A stretch of 64,000 bases of DNA from Haliotis rufescens (Eukaryota): contig NW_025963890.1 of NCBI RefSeq assembly GCF_023055435.1, forward strand, positions 61,876,001 to 61,940,000, given 5' to 3'. Under the pieces are notes generated by a model, which did no database searches, had not been told where the DNA came from, and was given only the letters and a program-made list of their open reading frames with translations. Positions 13,053-26,759 of the stretch are shown here, one piece after another (within the stretch, counting starts at the first letter, position 1; each line of letters begins with the position of its first letter). Made by a program: the position numbers and the translations under genes.

Positions 13053-13566
13053 GGCTTGGTTAATAGTGTGTCCTCATACCTAGACTGCATGGATCCTTGC
13101 TCACAATATCGGATATTGTGGGAATTATGCTGAGTGTGGCATAAAGTAACAAACAAACAAACAAATCCAAACTCAAATCACTCACTCAAACCTGGGGATT
13201 GGATATTGGTGAACTTGCTGAGATTCTGCTAATAGGCAACACTATTTAGCATTTAGGTGACTACCTTGTACCATCAGCTCTCAGCTGTGACTGGTTGCAT
13301 TGGTGCAGTGTCACAATCACAGGGGGTAACGCGTATTATCATACCGAAGGCCTGGGTTTGATTCCCATGCATGTGTGAATAGTGCTGGAATATTAACCAT
13401 AAAACCATGCTTACTCACTCACTCAAAGACTTGAGCCTACTTAGACTTCCATAGTTTACAAGCATTCAGTCCCAACATCACTCCATGGTAAAGTATTTAT
13501 GGTTGTATATGACACATTAATGAGTCTTGTGGATCATCCTTAGGACTAATTCCAACTTTGTCTGGC

Positions 13567-13806
13567 ACCCTTAAAGATCCGGGGTAGAATAGGTCTTCAG
13601 CAACCCATTCTTGCCGTAAGAGACGACTAACGGGATTGATTGGTCAGGCTCCAGACTTGGTTGATGCATGTCATCGTATTCCAGTTGAGTGGATTGATGC
13701 TCATGATATCAATCACTGGATTTTCTGGTCCAGACTCGATTATTTACAGACCGCCATCATATAGCTGGAATATTGCTGAGTGCGGCGTTAAACAACAAAG
13801 AAACAA
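13567..13806 (+). mobile_element. Family B short retroelement, single-hairpin type
   Basis: Starts ACCC..AAGATCCGGGGTAGAATAGGTCTTCAGCAACCC; ends GCGGCGTTAAACAACAAA. Confidence 0.9.
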
Positions 13807-14729
13807 AATTGTCGAAGTTGGCACTGAATAAAGATTCCAGAGAATGTATTTCACAAACTATTTTGAATTGTCATAAAAGAATGATTTGATTCAGGACCAG
13901 TGGTATAAATACTGCAGCAGCGGATGTAATCAAATGTGGTCCTTCCCCAGCTTTATAGCCTTTAACACATGCCTGTATACTTATCCTGGGATTCGATACC
14001 TATAAACAACAGCTGATTGCACTGCAAGAGAACAAGACTCGGAGAGATATGAATAATTAACCTCCATTGCTGCACAATGCTGTTCACCTGTACCTGCGAT
14101 AATGCATTGTAATAAGCTGCGCGCAGGGCGGGTGGAGACCGATGTACCAATTCACCTTTGACGCAACCAGGTGCGTAGGATTCTCTTTCCAGGAAGCAAT
14201 CTCCCAGGGTCTTATTTATGTGCTGTGGATGGGAGCTGCATTGAAAAAGACTTAGTTGATCAATGATTGGCGATGAGGTGGTATGGTGCGATACCGACTC
14301 AGTGCTTTTGTCAGTGTCGGCAACCTTCATGGTGGATGTTCTCTGAGGATAATCAGCATCGATGTAGCTCTGGGCCGTCAGTGTCGGCTGCCACAGCGAT
14401 TGACAGATACATCTCGGGGCATTTATTCACTATGAAGATGCCTTTCTAGTTTGGTATCTGATCATCGTTTTGGGCTATGTTGTGGATAGAGCTAATTTGG
14501 GCAGATTTGTTATGGGATATGTGTTGAAAAAAATGTTTGATAGTTGTGGCATTGTTTTCTTGTTTACGTTTTCAATGTAATGGATGATTTCTTTGACTTG
14601 GGTACATTTTATAATATTTTGTTTAGCCTTTCATGAAGGTGACCAAACTGGGTCATGCTACAGAGGGTGCAAATAGCAACATTAAGGGGAGGTAACCCAG
14701 TTCATGGTACCCTGCTGCACAGTGGGGCT

Positions 14730-14963
14730 ACCCGTGAAGATCCGGGTTAGAAAAGGTCTTCAGCAACCCATGCTTGACTAAAGGGCTGGGTGGTCAGACT
14801 CGCGGATTTAGTTGATGCATGTCATTGTACATCATTTGCATAGATCTATGCTCATGATGTCAGTCACTGCATTGTCTGGTCCAGACTTGATGATTTACAG
14901 GCCGCTGTCATATCGCTGGAATATATTGCTGAGTGTGGTGTTAAACAACAAACAAACAAACAA
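14730..14963 (+). mobile_element. Family B short retroelement
   Basis: Same 5' start ACCCGTGAAGATCCGGGTTAG; (AAAC)n tail. Confidence 0.9.
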
Positions 14964-15059
14964 AAAGATCATTGTATTGTAACCCAATGCATGGTAACCT
15001 GGGCCCCGAAAATTAAACCATCTTAGCACTATTGTCATTGTGACTCTCATACTTTAACA

Positions 15060-15190
15060 GGGGCGGTCGGGTAGCCTAGTGGTTAAAGCGTTCGCTCGTC
15101 ACGCCAAAGACCTTGGTTCGATTCCTGACATGGGTACAATGTGTGAAGCCCATTTCTGGTGTCCCTGCAAAACAATACTCACTCACTCAC
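15060..15190 (+). mobile_element. Family A tRNA SINE, internally deleted
   Basis: Near-consensus head; the GATATTGCTGGAAT segment is missing. Confidence 0.9.
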
Positions 15191-15719
15191 AGATAGGAAG
15201 TGAATTGTAATGATGAAATGTGTAAATTGTATAATGTTTACAGTGTAGACTACTATATAAATGGGGTACACTCTGTAACAGCGAAAAGGACTCTGTTTAA
15301 CAAGCAAAGGGGTGGACTGTTTGCCTGCCTCTCGGCTGCTGTATTGCTTACAAGCCTTAAAACAAGATCATTCATCTTCATGGAGAAGCCTCTCATGACC
15401 TGGGACTTAATGGGGAAGGTAGACATTCTAATTCTGCACTGATCTCTTGGTAGACTTGCCTCTAAAAATGATAAATCAAAGTTCTTTTGATATGCTTGTC
15501 GATAGAGAATTAGCATCACTAGAAGTGGGTGTGTCGCAAGATGAGTACATTGAAACAATATCAAAGTGCCACATAGCCTGCTGCAGTTTATTAGAGAAAT
15601 GACATACTTACATCAGAGCAACTGCAAGCACTGTATCAATATAGGAGGAATCTGCTTACGTAAGTCAATTTTGTTACGTTTAAAAAAATATCTTGTTTCA
15701 GTTTACTTGGCCCTGCACG

Positions 15720-15870
15720 GGAAACTATGGTTATAACGAACTCAAAGGGACCACAAATTTTAGTTTGTCATAACTGTAATTCGTTATGAGCATATATACA
15801 CCAAGTGGCCAGGAATAAAAAAAATGTCACTTTGTTATAAGCGTGTTCGTTGTAAACGTATTTTACTGTA
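15720..15870. mobile_element. Tc1/pogo-like MITE remnant
   Basis: Right end ...TTCGTTGTAAACGTATTTTACTG|TA with repeated GTTATAACGAA / TTCGTTAT subterminal motifs; left end degraded. Confidence 0.5.
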
Positions 15871-16121
15871 CATTGTCTTTCCTTCCCAAGATTCGCATAA
15901 AGCATACTCAGTATTCGCAATCCTTACAGGACATTTGGTGGCCACATGCCACAAGTTCACTTGTTTTCAGAGATAGAGCAGTAGTAAACAAACATAATTC
16001 AAACGTGATTGGAAATAATCCAGTTATATACCCCTCCTATGCTTCTGTTTTTCTGTAAAACAGAATGTGTAATATCCACAAGACAATATGTTCTGGTATG
16101 TAAATGTTCCTTCTTAGTAGA

Positions 16122-16303
16122 GGGGGGGGGGGGTAGCCTAGTGGTTTAAGCGTTTGCTCGTCACGCTGAAGACCCGGGTTCGATTCCCGTACATGGGGAC
16201 AATGTGTGAAGCCCATTTCTGGTATCCCCCGCCGTGATATTGCTGTGATATTGCTGGAATATATTGCTAAAAGCAGCATAAAACCATACTCACTCACTCA
16301 CTC
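16122..16303 (+). mobile_element. Family A tRNA SINE
   Basis: TSD TCTTAGTAGAGGG (16112-16124, 16302-16314). Confidence 0.93.
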
Positions 16304-17887
16304 TTAGTAGAGGGTGTGTTACGTGCTTATACTTACAGGTTGACCTAGAAGTTGGACAGGGTGTGATGATTGAAGCAGGAGACGTAATACACTGAATACT
16401 GGGGACAAATTAGCCTCTTTAAGAGCTCCATCTCTTTCGACTTTCTCCCACATTAGCTGACATGCACTCATTTTGCTGAAATACTGTTCAAGGCCACATT
16501 ATAAACCACTGTAACATGCTTGAAGTTTTAAAGAAAAGCTGTTTTGTGTGCGTGGCGATTGCTACCGGTTGAGCAGGACATGCTTACATTCTTACCCAAA
16601 CACCTGTGTTATCACTGATTTTCAGTGATCCATCCTGTAATTGTCACTATTTTGCCCAATGGAATCAGTGTTGACTAAGAATAAAGACTGGTTATTCTCT
16701 GGCGTTGATGTTTGTAGTAATTTTCTTAAGTTGAGGCAAACAAATGAATTTCCTATCTTGGCCTGGCTGCAATTCAGCAGCCTTTGGAGGACTGCGTGTG
16801 ATTGCAGCATATGGCTGTATGAATCCCACGAACCTCGTTAGCCATAATGATCGGCTGTACTCAAAGTTTGTGTGGGTGGGTTGGCTGAATGTTTTCATCA
16901 ATACCGTGCAACCACTTCCTTCATACCTTTATCATCACATTTTTTTTTTAAAAAAGCCAGCTTCCACAAGGCAATATGACCAAACTTCACTACTGTCTCA
17001 CATTGCTGCGTCTTTGCAAGTCAGGCAGCCATCTTTGTTTCACTTCAAAGGTAATTCTATGCTGTGAAACATATCTTGTCTGCTTAACGAGCTAATGAGC
17101 TGCCGACTTGCTCCCAAACACACAAGGAAATATGAGAAAATATGAAACTTTAATGCACTGACAGCTTGTATCGATCCCTTCCCTGTAAATGCACAAACGA
17201 GGGATCGGCTCAAGTCAGGGAGGAATTCAGGCATCGATATTGGGTTTTTGTCACTGACTCTCCAGACTGGAGCTAAGCCGGAGAGCCGGCTTTGGGGGTA
17301 CCTGTGTTACTTCTTTTGAATATTAAAGTGACGTATATCAGATTGATGACCTTGGGGCTGCAATGAAACTCTCAGATTTCATGCAGTTTTGTTCAGAGGC
17401 AAAAGAAAGGTCCAATAACCATAATTATTTCATTACAAATGTTGATATTATCAAAATTATGATTGATTGTTTTTATCTGGAACTTACAAGATGTTGAATG
17501 TCTGTGGAACATTTCAAGTCAGTGAAGTAAATGATGGCAGACTTCATCAGAAACCATGCTGCTTCTTTTTAGATTGGGTACTGGTAGTTGTAACCTTTGA
17601 AGAGAGGATTCATTTTGAATGTTGTTCATGTATGCAAAGAGTGACTGGTTAATCAGAGGGTGATTGCATGTTGTTTTACGCTGAAGTCAGAAATACTCCA
17701 GCTATATTGTGTGACCTGTAAGTAATCGAGTCTAAACAAGGCAGAGCATTGCTATCAGCATACAGTAACACACTTCGCATTTTAGTCAGATCTTACAACA
17801 AGCATAGGTTTGTAAGAATCTGTTCTGAGTCCCCATGGGTCTACTTGATAAGAATGTTCTAGTATAACATATTTGTCTGTGAGGGTC

Positions 17888-17981
17888 AGAGTTGCGTCCC
17901 TTGGCCATGCCAGAAACCTATGATTGTGGAATAATGTTAAAAGTGGCGTTGAACCCAACTCACTCACTAACTCACTCACCC
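17888..17981 (+). mobile_element. Family D SINE, truncated and deleted
   Basis: agagttgcgtcccttgg...gaaacctatgattgtgg joined directly to the 3' tail. Confidence 0.8.
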
Positions 17982-17992
17982 ACTGTGAAGAA

Positions 17993-18199
17993 GGGGCAGT
18001 GGGGTAGCCTTGAGGATAAAGCCTTCGCTCATCACGCAAAAGACCCGGGTTCGATTCCCCACATGGGTACAATGTGTGAAGCCCATTTCTGGTGTCCCCC
18101 GCTGTGATATTGCTGAAATATTGCTAAAAGGGACATAAAACTCACTCACTCACTCACTCACTCACTCACTCACTCACTCACTCACTCACTCACTCACTC
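17993..18199 (+). mobile_element. Family A tRNA SINE
   Basis: B box, body and long ACTC tail. Confidence 0.92.
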
Positions 18200-18629
18200 C
18201 ATTGTATCCTCAGAATGTAAGATACATGCTTATGTTTTGTAGGCTTTATTGTGTATATGGTGAACAATATCCCAATCAAATGTTGTCATTTTGAGGTAAT
18301 CTTTTTGAAGAACTGTGTTGGGAATGGCAGAATGGGTCCCCAGAACCTCGCTCTTGTCTGAGGAGTTGATTTAGGTGAAGCACAGTGGCTGATGGTTGGG
18401 GAAGTGTTGGTGGCAATCAAGTCTGGGGCAACACCTGGATGACAGTGTGAAATCTGATTGTGAAGATGTGGATCATTGCTTCAGCCGTCAAGTTGTATCT
18501 GGTTTCGTCCACTGTGATGTATGGCTTTGTTGTTGACTAGGGTTACAGCTCTTTTCAACACTACGCTTCTCGACTTTACACACTAAAAATGTTTTTTTGT
18601 CAGAAAGTGAATGAGTCACAGAACATCCA

Positions 18630-20290
18630 ACCCTAAAAGCATCCACGACCCACCCACACTGCACCCACACGCAGTCACTATACACCCACACGCAGTCACT
18701 ATACACCCACAAGGCATGCACAACCCACCCCCACCCACATCCCCACCCACACAGCACCCACAATCCACCAACAATGCACTCACGTTCCACAAGACACCTA
18801 CATACCACCCACACAGCAACCACAACCCACCCACACAGCATCCACAACCCACCCACATAGCATCCCCAATCCAGAACCCACCCACACAGCATCCACAACC
18901 CACCCACACAGCACCCACAAACCACAACCCACCCACACAGCACCCACAAACCACCCACACAGCACCCACAAACCACAACCCACCCACACAGCACCCACAA
19001 ACCACCCACACAGCACCCACAAACCACCCACACAGCAACCACAACCCACCCACATAGCATCCCCAATCCACAACCCACCCACACAGCATCCACAACCCAC
19101 CCACACAGCACCCACATACCACCCACACAGCACCCACAAACCACCCACACAGCAACCACAACCCACCCACATAGCATCCCCAATCCACAACCCACCCACA
19201 CAGCATCCACAAACCACCCACACAGCACCCACATACCACCCACACAGCAACCACAACCCACCCACATAGCATTCCCAATCCACAACCCACCCACACAGCA
19301 TCCACAACCCACCCACACAGCACCCACAAACCACAACCCACCCACACAGCACCCACAAACCACCCACACAGCACCCCCAATCCACAACCCACCCACAAAC
19401 CACCCACATATCATCCCCAATCCACAATCCACCCACACAGCACCCACAACCCACCCACACAGCACCCACAAACCACAACCCACCCACACAGCACCCACAA
19501 ACCACCCACACAGCACCCACAATCCACAACCCACCCACAAACCACCCACACAGCACCCCCAATCCACAACCCACCCACAAACCACCCACACAGCACCCCC
19601 AATCCACAACCCACCCGCACAGCATCCACAACCCACCCACACAGCCCCCACAAACCACCCACACAGCATCCCCAATCCACAACCATCCCACACAGCACCC
19701 ACAAACCACCCACACAGCATCCCCAATCCACAACCATCCCACACAGCATCCACAACCCACCCGCACAGCACCCTCAAACCACCCACAGCACCCCCAATCC
19801 ACAACCCACCCACACAGCACCCACAAACCACCCACACAGCACCCCCAATCCACAACCATCCCACACAGCACCCACAAACCACCCACACAGCACCCCCAAT
19901 CCACAACCCACCCACACAGCACCCACAAACCACCCACACAGCATCCCCAATCCACAACCATCCCACACAGCACCCACAAACCACCCACACAGCACCCCCA
20001 ATCCACAACCCACCCACACAGCACCCACAAACCACCCACACAGCACCCCCAATCCACAACCATCCCACACAGCACCCACAACCCACTGCCCACAACCCAC
20101 CTTCACAGCACCCACACCCACACCCACACCCACACCCACACCCACACCCACACATACAGCACCAACACACACACAACAGTCACGTGACACCCACAAGGCA
20201 CCCACCCATCTACCACAATGCACCCCCCCCAACCTACCACAACCCACCCACAGAATTCAGACAAGACACCCACAAGACACCCACAAGGCG
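18630..20290. repeat. C/A-rich complex satellite (22-bp core CACCCACACAGCACCCACAAAC interleaved with CCCAATCCACAAC)
   Basis: Strongly strand-asymmetric tandem array; source of the G/V/C/W-rich ORFs. Confidence 0.95.
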
Positions 20291-21152
20291 CCCTCACTCA
20301 AGTTACAAATGAGTATGTCAGATGAGTCCGAGCATTGTTATAAGCAGGCCACAAATGACAAACATTCCCACATAACAGCATTCTGCAAAAATGTATTAAA
20401 CTGTAGTAGAGTTTCACTCCTTCTTTTCTAGACTGTTTAAACCAATATTACTGAGTTCAAATTCAGAAATATCCCTCATCCTATGTTTATGGATTTTGTC
20501 ACCAATACATTCAGCACAAGATCAACCCGAGACACTCATCATTCTACCATGTTTATTTAAACAACAGTAAATGACTAAATGTTCTTATACATGTCGGTTT
20601 TATGCATATGTGGAAGGAGGCTAGGCAGTGTCAAGTTCGGCTGCAGATTAAAGTTTGTGGCACATGGTGTGGATATTGAGCTATTGCTATCACGATTGCC
20701 TTATCTGCCTCAGAATCACATTCTATAAACATTGACATTATGGCTTTAAGCCCCAGGTGAATTCAATATACTTGTCTACTGAATGTCCTTTCATAAAAGA
20801 ATTTTCAGAATGTCTCCATGTAAATTGGCCAGCATTGAGATGATTGTGCAAATGTAGATATCCCGATAGATTATAGGTAGTGACCGCGAGAAGGTTCCAT
20901 AAGGGTACGAGGGTATTGTTGTGACTGCCTGATATCAGATGTGATTGGCTGGATGTTTATTTATCAGTTGGTTTATAAGCTGATTATTTGGAACTATTAT
21001 GCTGACATGTCCCTACAAATATAAGCTTACAGTTGGTTTTATTTAAGTCTGTTATCAGTCATTGTGATCAGAATTATTTGCCCATCGCAAAGGGGGTGAT
21101 CGCTTGATATTCATGGGAGAGGTAGGGATTACTCTGTTCCTGAAATAGCTTT

Positions 21153-21202
21153 TGGGGGGGGGGGGGGGGGGGGGGGGGGGAGAGAGAGAGAGAGAGAGAG
21201 AG
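21153..21202. repeat. Poly-G followed by (GA)n
   Basis: Directly visible. Confidence 0.95.
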
Positions 21203-21332
21203 AATGTCCTCTGGTTTTACCTTCCAAAAGAAATCATTCCCCGACATGCTGGATGATCTGACAAATAATTTGTTGTGTAAAAAACATATGGGTCCTGCTT
21301 GTCATTGCATGAGTCTTGACATTAACTTTGGG

Positions 21333-21793
21333 GGCATGGGTGGTCCAGTCATCTTGGGTGCCGTAATTCGCTGTGCAGAGTTGCGTCCCTTGGGCAAGCC
21401 AGAAACATTTGAATCCCAATTTGCTCTGATTATATTCTTAGGTTTGTCAGCACTACACCTGTGCTCGTAGGTTTTACCAAAGTCGTAATGACCTGAGATC
21501 TGCAACACTTCAGACTTTCCACCTCCATTAATCTGACAGGCCATGAAATAACTGGAATACTGTTCAAAGCGGTGTTAAAACCAGCTCGCTCGCTCACTCG
21601 CTCACTCACTCACTCACTCACTCACTCACTCACAGGCCGTGAAATAACTGGAATACTGTTCAAAGTAGTATTAAACCCTGCTCACTCACTCACTCACTCA
21701 CTCACTCGCTCACTCACAGGCTGTGAAATAACTGGAATACTGTTCAAAGTTCTATTAAACCCCGCTCGCTTACTTACTCACTCACTCACTCAC
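21333..21793 (+). mobile_element. Family D SINE with a triplicated 3' tail
   Basis: D body followed by three copies of acaggc..tgaaataactggaatactgttcaaag...(ACTC)n. Confidence 0.85.
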
Positions 21794-24700
21794 TATGATT
21801 AACATTATTCTAGTACACTCATCAAATATTACATTGTTACTACGTGTAGCTGTACACAGTGTTTTTGTATAATGCTTCACTGGTCACGTACGTTGCTTAC
21901 ATTTACTCCCAACACAGACAGGTATGTCTCTGGAATTTATGTATCCATCTGAAAAGTATATGACATTTATCACCCAGTCGGGATATAAAAGTGTAAACAC
22001 AACTTAATAGAGACACTCCTCTGACCTTTTGTTTGCCAATTTACCAATAAATTGAAATATCAAATATCCAGAAAAGGTTGTAAACAGTAGACAGGGATTT
22101 TCCTGTCTCCCATACACAGTCTCATGAAGGCCATAAATACATGAGTTGAAAGACGCAGGGACTTAACTATATATGTTGCTGATAATCCCCTCTCAGCAGA
22201 ACAAGTCATGAAGTGACACATAGATTCAGGCAATAGCTGAACATCACGTGCTCCTAAATCACGACATTTGAAATTAACACATTCTAGATGAATTTTTAAT
22301 AAGCAAGTACCTCTGTTGGCCCTTGTTTGACCTTCAAGTTTTAAAATCGAAGGAATTTACTGTTTTAGGATTATATGGTTTCAGATTATTAATTCTCCCC
22401 CACTGTGTTCATCTTCTCACGTTGACCATTTGGCATTTGTGGTGTGGAAAGATGTATTTATACCATGGATGTGTAGGTGTCTGCCTTCAGTGACCTGTCT
22501 GGAGCCAGTGCAAGTACCTACATGTGTGATGGGGCTATCTCCAGACTGCCACAGGGAGGGAGGGCGGCCAAGCAGGGGGATGGGAGGGAAATGACCATTG
22601 TTGGAGACAGATGAACTTCTTTACCATCGTGGTCGTGTCTTGGGAGATAAGCGAACAGTGTTGGAAATTAAGCATGAAAGTCAAGGGGCCCTTGTCAAAG
22701 CCTTACTGTATAAATTTAACGGTCCCTCGATTCACATACAACAGCAGCAGTCCTCAAGGATCCCCCGAGTTTAGAACACTGGCTGGGAATATATACTTTC
22801 AGCTGCATCACATTGGTCATATATATATTCTTTAGAACAATTTGAATTCTTGTCTCAGATTTTCAAAGCCAATGTGCCAAGATATAGGAGATAAATTAGG
22901 TCTGTAGCTGGTTTGGAGTACACAATATATGTGAAAATGTTTCCTTGATAATATTAAGTATTCTGGATGCCATTTGAGAATAGGAAACTTGTGCTTTTTC
23001 CAGGGAAAGAGGTTCTGGGATGAAATCAAACCAATAATATTATGAATCAGGGACTTGAAATTTGCATGCATCCCCTAATCTAAACATCATTTTGGTTTAA
23101 TGTTTTATTTTCTGAAAACTGTAATAGGCCTTACATGTGTAAAAGTCTTGCCAACACTGTTCTGTCCTGGAAATGATGAACTAGGGCACATAACACACAT
23201 GGCCTCCTCGTCACTACATTTGCCCAGGGATTGATATTGAACAAGATGACAATGTTGGTTTCCAGTGATTGATGGGAACTAGGTCAAAATATTCAATCAT
23301 TTGCTTGGTGGAAATTATTCAATTTACCAGTTCTGGATGTCTTTGCCACAAAATTGTTATCATTTTGTCCACATCATTGTAATATAGAAGATGTATAACC
23401 ATGGAAATCCTTAAAATATAGGATTCATTTGGGAGGGACCCTTGTGTTTTTGCATGGATAGATCAAGGACACTATTGTGTTACTATTTTACCAACAACAT
23501 TATGATGTGCAACAAATGCTACATACAACATATGGTAATGTACAAGAAAAGTACAACCAGAAAACCCCTCAAACTGTATGTTTTTAGCAGATCTATGAGA
23601 GGGACCTCAATTTTCAAGATCTGATCAGGGACACTAGTGTTCTAACATCAGCATCCATGCAGGGACACAAGTTTCTCTTAACAGCATCATCCCTAGATGT
23701 TGTCCTTCCATCCAAAATCAAGGGGTTCTTTGTTCTTTTCAGCTTGGGGTCCCTAAGTTTGCCCTGTTATCCTGAAAACCCCTACACTTTCATACTTAGG
23801 CAAGACCACTGCAAACCAGCCCCATCAACTGACCATTTGGTATTTGGGGATTTTGTATGGATTCAGGATACAGCTGCAAAAAATGTGTTGTTGTTTTTTT
23901 TGTGGCAGACAGTTTCATTTTCTTAACAGCATAATTATGTTTTTTCAATCATTTTTGGGACAATTTATTTTTTGGAATAAAATCCCAGGCCCCCCCCGAA
24001 TTTGAAATGGTCGGTCCCTAAGTCAATGGTCTCATCAAATCTGCAACCATTCTCGCCATACGTTAATCATCATATATGTCCGACGACACCAGCCAGATAC
24101 CTCGTACTACCAATGTCCAATCCTCCACGACCATGATATTCCGGCAGTCTCCAACAATAAATTTTTCAAATTGATGCACAGATTAGCAGGACTGATTCCG
24201 GTATGGCTTGGTGAGATGGTTCCTCCTGGGCATGAATAATGAACTAGGTGTGAGTAATACAAAGTCTGGGAGCAAGGAGAGCCTCCTGCTGCATGTTGTC
24301 CCCAGCTGAGCTGCTCCCGTCTATGTTTGCCTACTTACAACCTGGGCTGCATGGACTCACAACCATGCATGTGGCAATTGCATTATCTTGAAGCTGCTGA
24401 TGTACTGGAATTTTTATAGCTGTTTTTTGCAAACTGATGAAAAAAAAATTATTTGGAATTGCAGATCGGGTTATTGTCATACTGATTGTTTTTATGCATT
24501 TTGAATTTTGCTGTCTCTGGTTGAGTTCCAGTGCAGGTTTGGTAAAAGATTCATGCTTTTTTTGCAAAGGTGAGAAATTACAAATCTTGTAGATTGAAGT
24601 TGTGTCAGCTTGTCGGCAGTGAGGACCTTGTACCATGTTCGCTTACATGTACGATAGTTTGTTGATTTTTATGAAGAAAAGATTGAACATAGTTTGTCCG

Positions 24701-24869
24701 TCACGTTCTTAAAGACATGATAAAAAGATGAACTGGCAGTGTAAAAGTTGCTTATCTTCTGTTTATAGTGTGGTCTGACCATGCCAGGCCAACATACATT
24801 ATACACATTGTCCATTGAGCTGCTGCAAGTCGCGATGCTGGACTATGACTTGAATATGTACTCAAATAG

Positions 24870-25501
24870 GTGTGAAGTGAAATGGGGTTTGACATCGCAT
24901 TCAAGATTGATGCACTTATATGGTGACTTGCATGCATGTATGTGTGTATGGCTGCTTGTACTCGCCTGGACCTATGACGGTACTAGTACTAGCCCCCTGA
25001 GATACCATGCTGCAGACCCGTGAAGATCTGGGGTAGAATAGGTCTTCACCAACCCATGCTTGCCGTAAACAGCGACTATGCATGTCGTAAGAGGCGACCA
25101 CCGGGATTGGGTGGTCAGGCTCGCTGACTTGGTTGATGCATGTCATTGTATCCTTATTGCGTGGATCGATGATCACGATGTCAATCACTGGATTGTCTGG
25201 TCCAGACTCGATTATTTACAGACCACCATCATATAGATGGATTATTGCTGAGTGTGGCTTTAAACAACAAACAAACAAACCTTTCCGCAGTTTAACATGA
25301 ATTTTCCACTCAGACACAGTGTACTGACTTTACCAGTCCTTGTTTTATGCCCTTCAAGCCAAGCACCAGGCAGGGTAATAACAAGTACCATCTTTTAACA
25401 TCTTTGGTATGAAGCAGTTAGGAGATCTAACTTCTGAGCTTCCGCTCTCCGGGCAGATGAGACGAGACGAGACGAGACGAGACGAGACCACAGAGGTGGT
25501 C
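24870..25501 (-). mobile_element. Family C SINE interrupted by a family B insertion
   Basis: The two flanks are colinear with the copy at 12701-13052. Confidence 0.85.
25016..25280 (+). mobile_element. Family B short retroelement, double-hairpin type, nested in family C
   Basis: Full 5' start; degenerate TSD accatgctgcag / acctttccgcag. Confidence 0.9.
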
Positions 25502-26759
25502 TACACAAATAGGAAACAGAAAGACTGAAGGTCAGCCTAGCTCGCCTTGTGGCCATTGTCATTGAAACTACAGAAGTATGCGCATCTAAGTGGGGAGCTT
25601 ACTTCAGGGAAACTATGACGACATTGCTCACCCATGGGAACACTTCGATAATATGCGAATCAATTCTCAATACAGTTAACAAGCAACACATGCACATAGG
25701 ACTTCTTGCTCAGATACAACAACTTGCATGCAGATCCTTTGATATGAATGTTCTTCTTGCACTGAAATGATAATTATAGAAAACGTATGAAAGATGTTGA
25801 TTGCTCTGACGTAGGTATTTTTGTCCCCCCTAATTAAGATGGGTTTTCAGACCGGCTCTGTTGTACTCTACCTATCCCGTGGTCTTGCTAATGAATTTAA
25901 TGCTGGGAAATGTTTACAAGTAATTTTATATTCGGAAGAAGGTTTAGATCATAAAAAAAACATGTGATTGTTGGCATTTCATATTTTGTATGTTGTTTTG
26001 CAAAACATTTCTTGGCTGTCATATTTATAGAAATTTGAAGAGAAAAAACTAATGCAGTAATCGAAATTAAGCAATAAATTTTTGTCCTGACCATAATGTT
26101 ATAAGTTAAATATTTAGAGGGCCCTTCAAATACCCCAGCAGCAAATATCAAGGACACTAGGGCCCCCATTAAGTTTGAACACTTTTAAGACAAATATGAA
26201 AAAGCTTTTTGGTGTTTTTTTTGTTTTTGAATGTTTAAACTTTGGGACAGACATTTTAAAATTTGGGACAGTTTAGTTTTAGATGAGCCTATCACTCCTA
26301 AACAAGTTTACAAATTCGGATACATTTATCATAAAAGCTTTATCTTTAGCGAAGGTGAAATAGACATGATCATTATAACCTGCGTCAATAGCAGTTTGAC
26401 ATTTGGACATATGACAGTATCATGTAATGTAGTAAGTTACTCATCACGATAATATCAGTTCAGAAGTCATTAATAGGAAGACACCCCCACAGAAACATTC
26501 TTTCTGCAAGATTAAAAAACAAGAATCACATTTATTTCAATCTTGTGAAGGATGTTTTGTCCCTCAGCTGGCTATGTAGGTTGTGAGGTCAAACCCCCTG
26601 TGTTTCCTTCTTGTTTTAGCACTATGTATATGTGCTGGTGGGTTCCATCAGGATGCTTCAGAAACATAATATATGTCTTTCCTGACGCTAAAATAGGACA
26701 GCTATGACTGATATGCCCGACATCCAGGTTGAAGGATAAACCCAATCACTAACTGGTAC

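Noticed and set aside
18488-20297. Gly/Cys/Val/Trp-rich ORFs up to 562 aa (keratin-associated or shell-protein-like appearance)
   Set aside because: Open in multiple frames on both strands; artefact of a low-complexity satellite.
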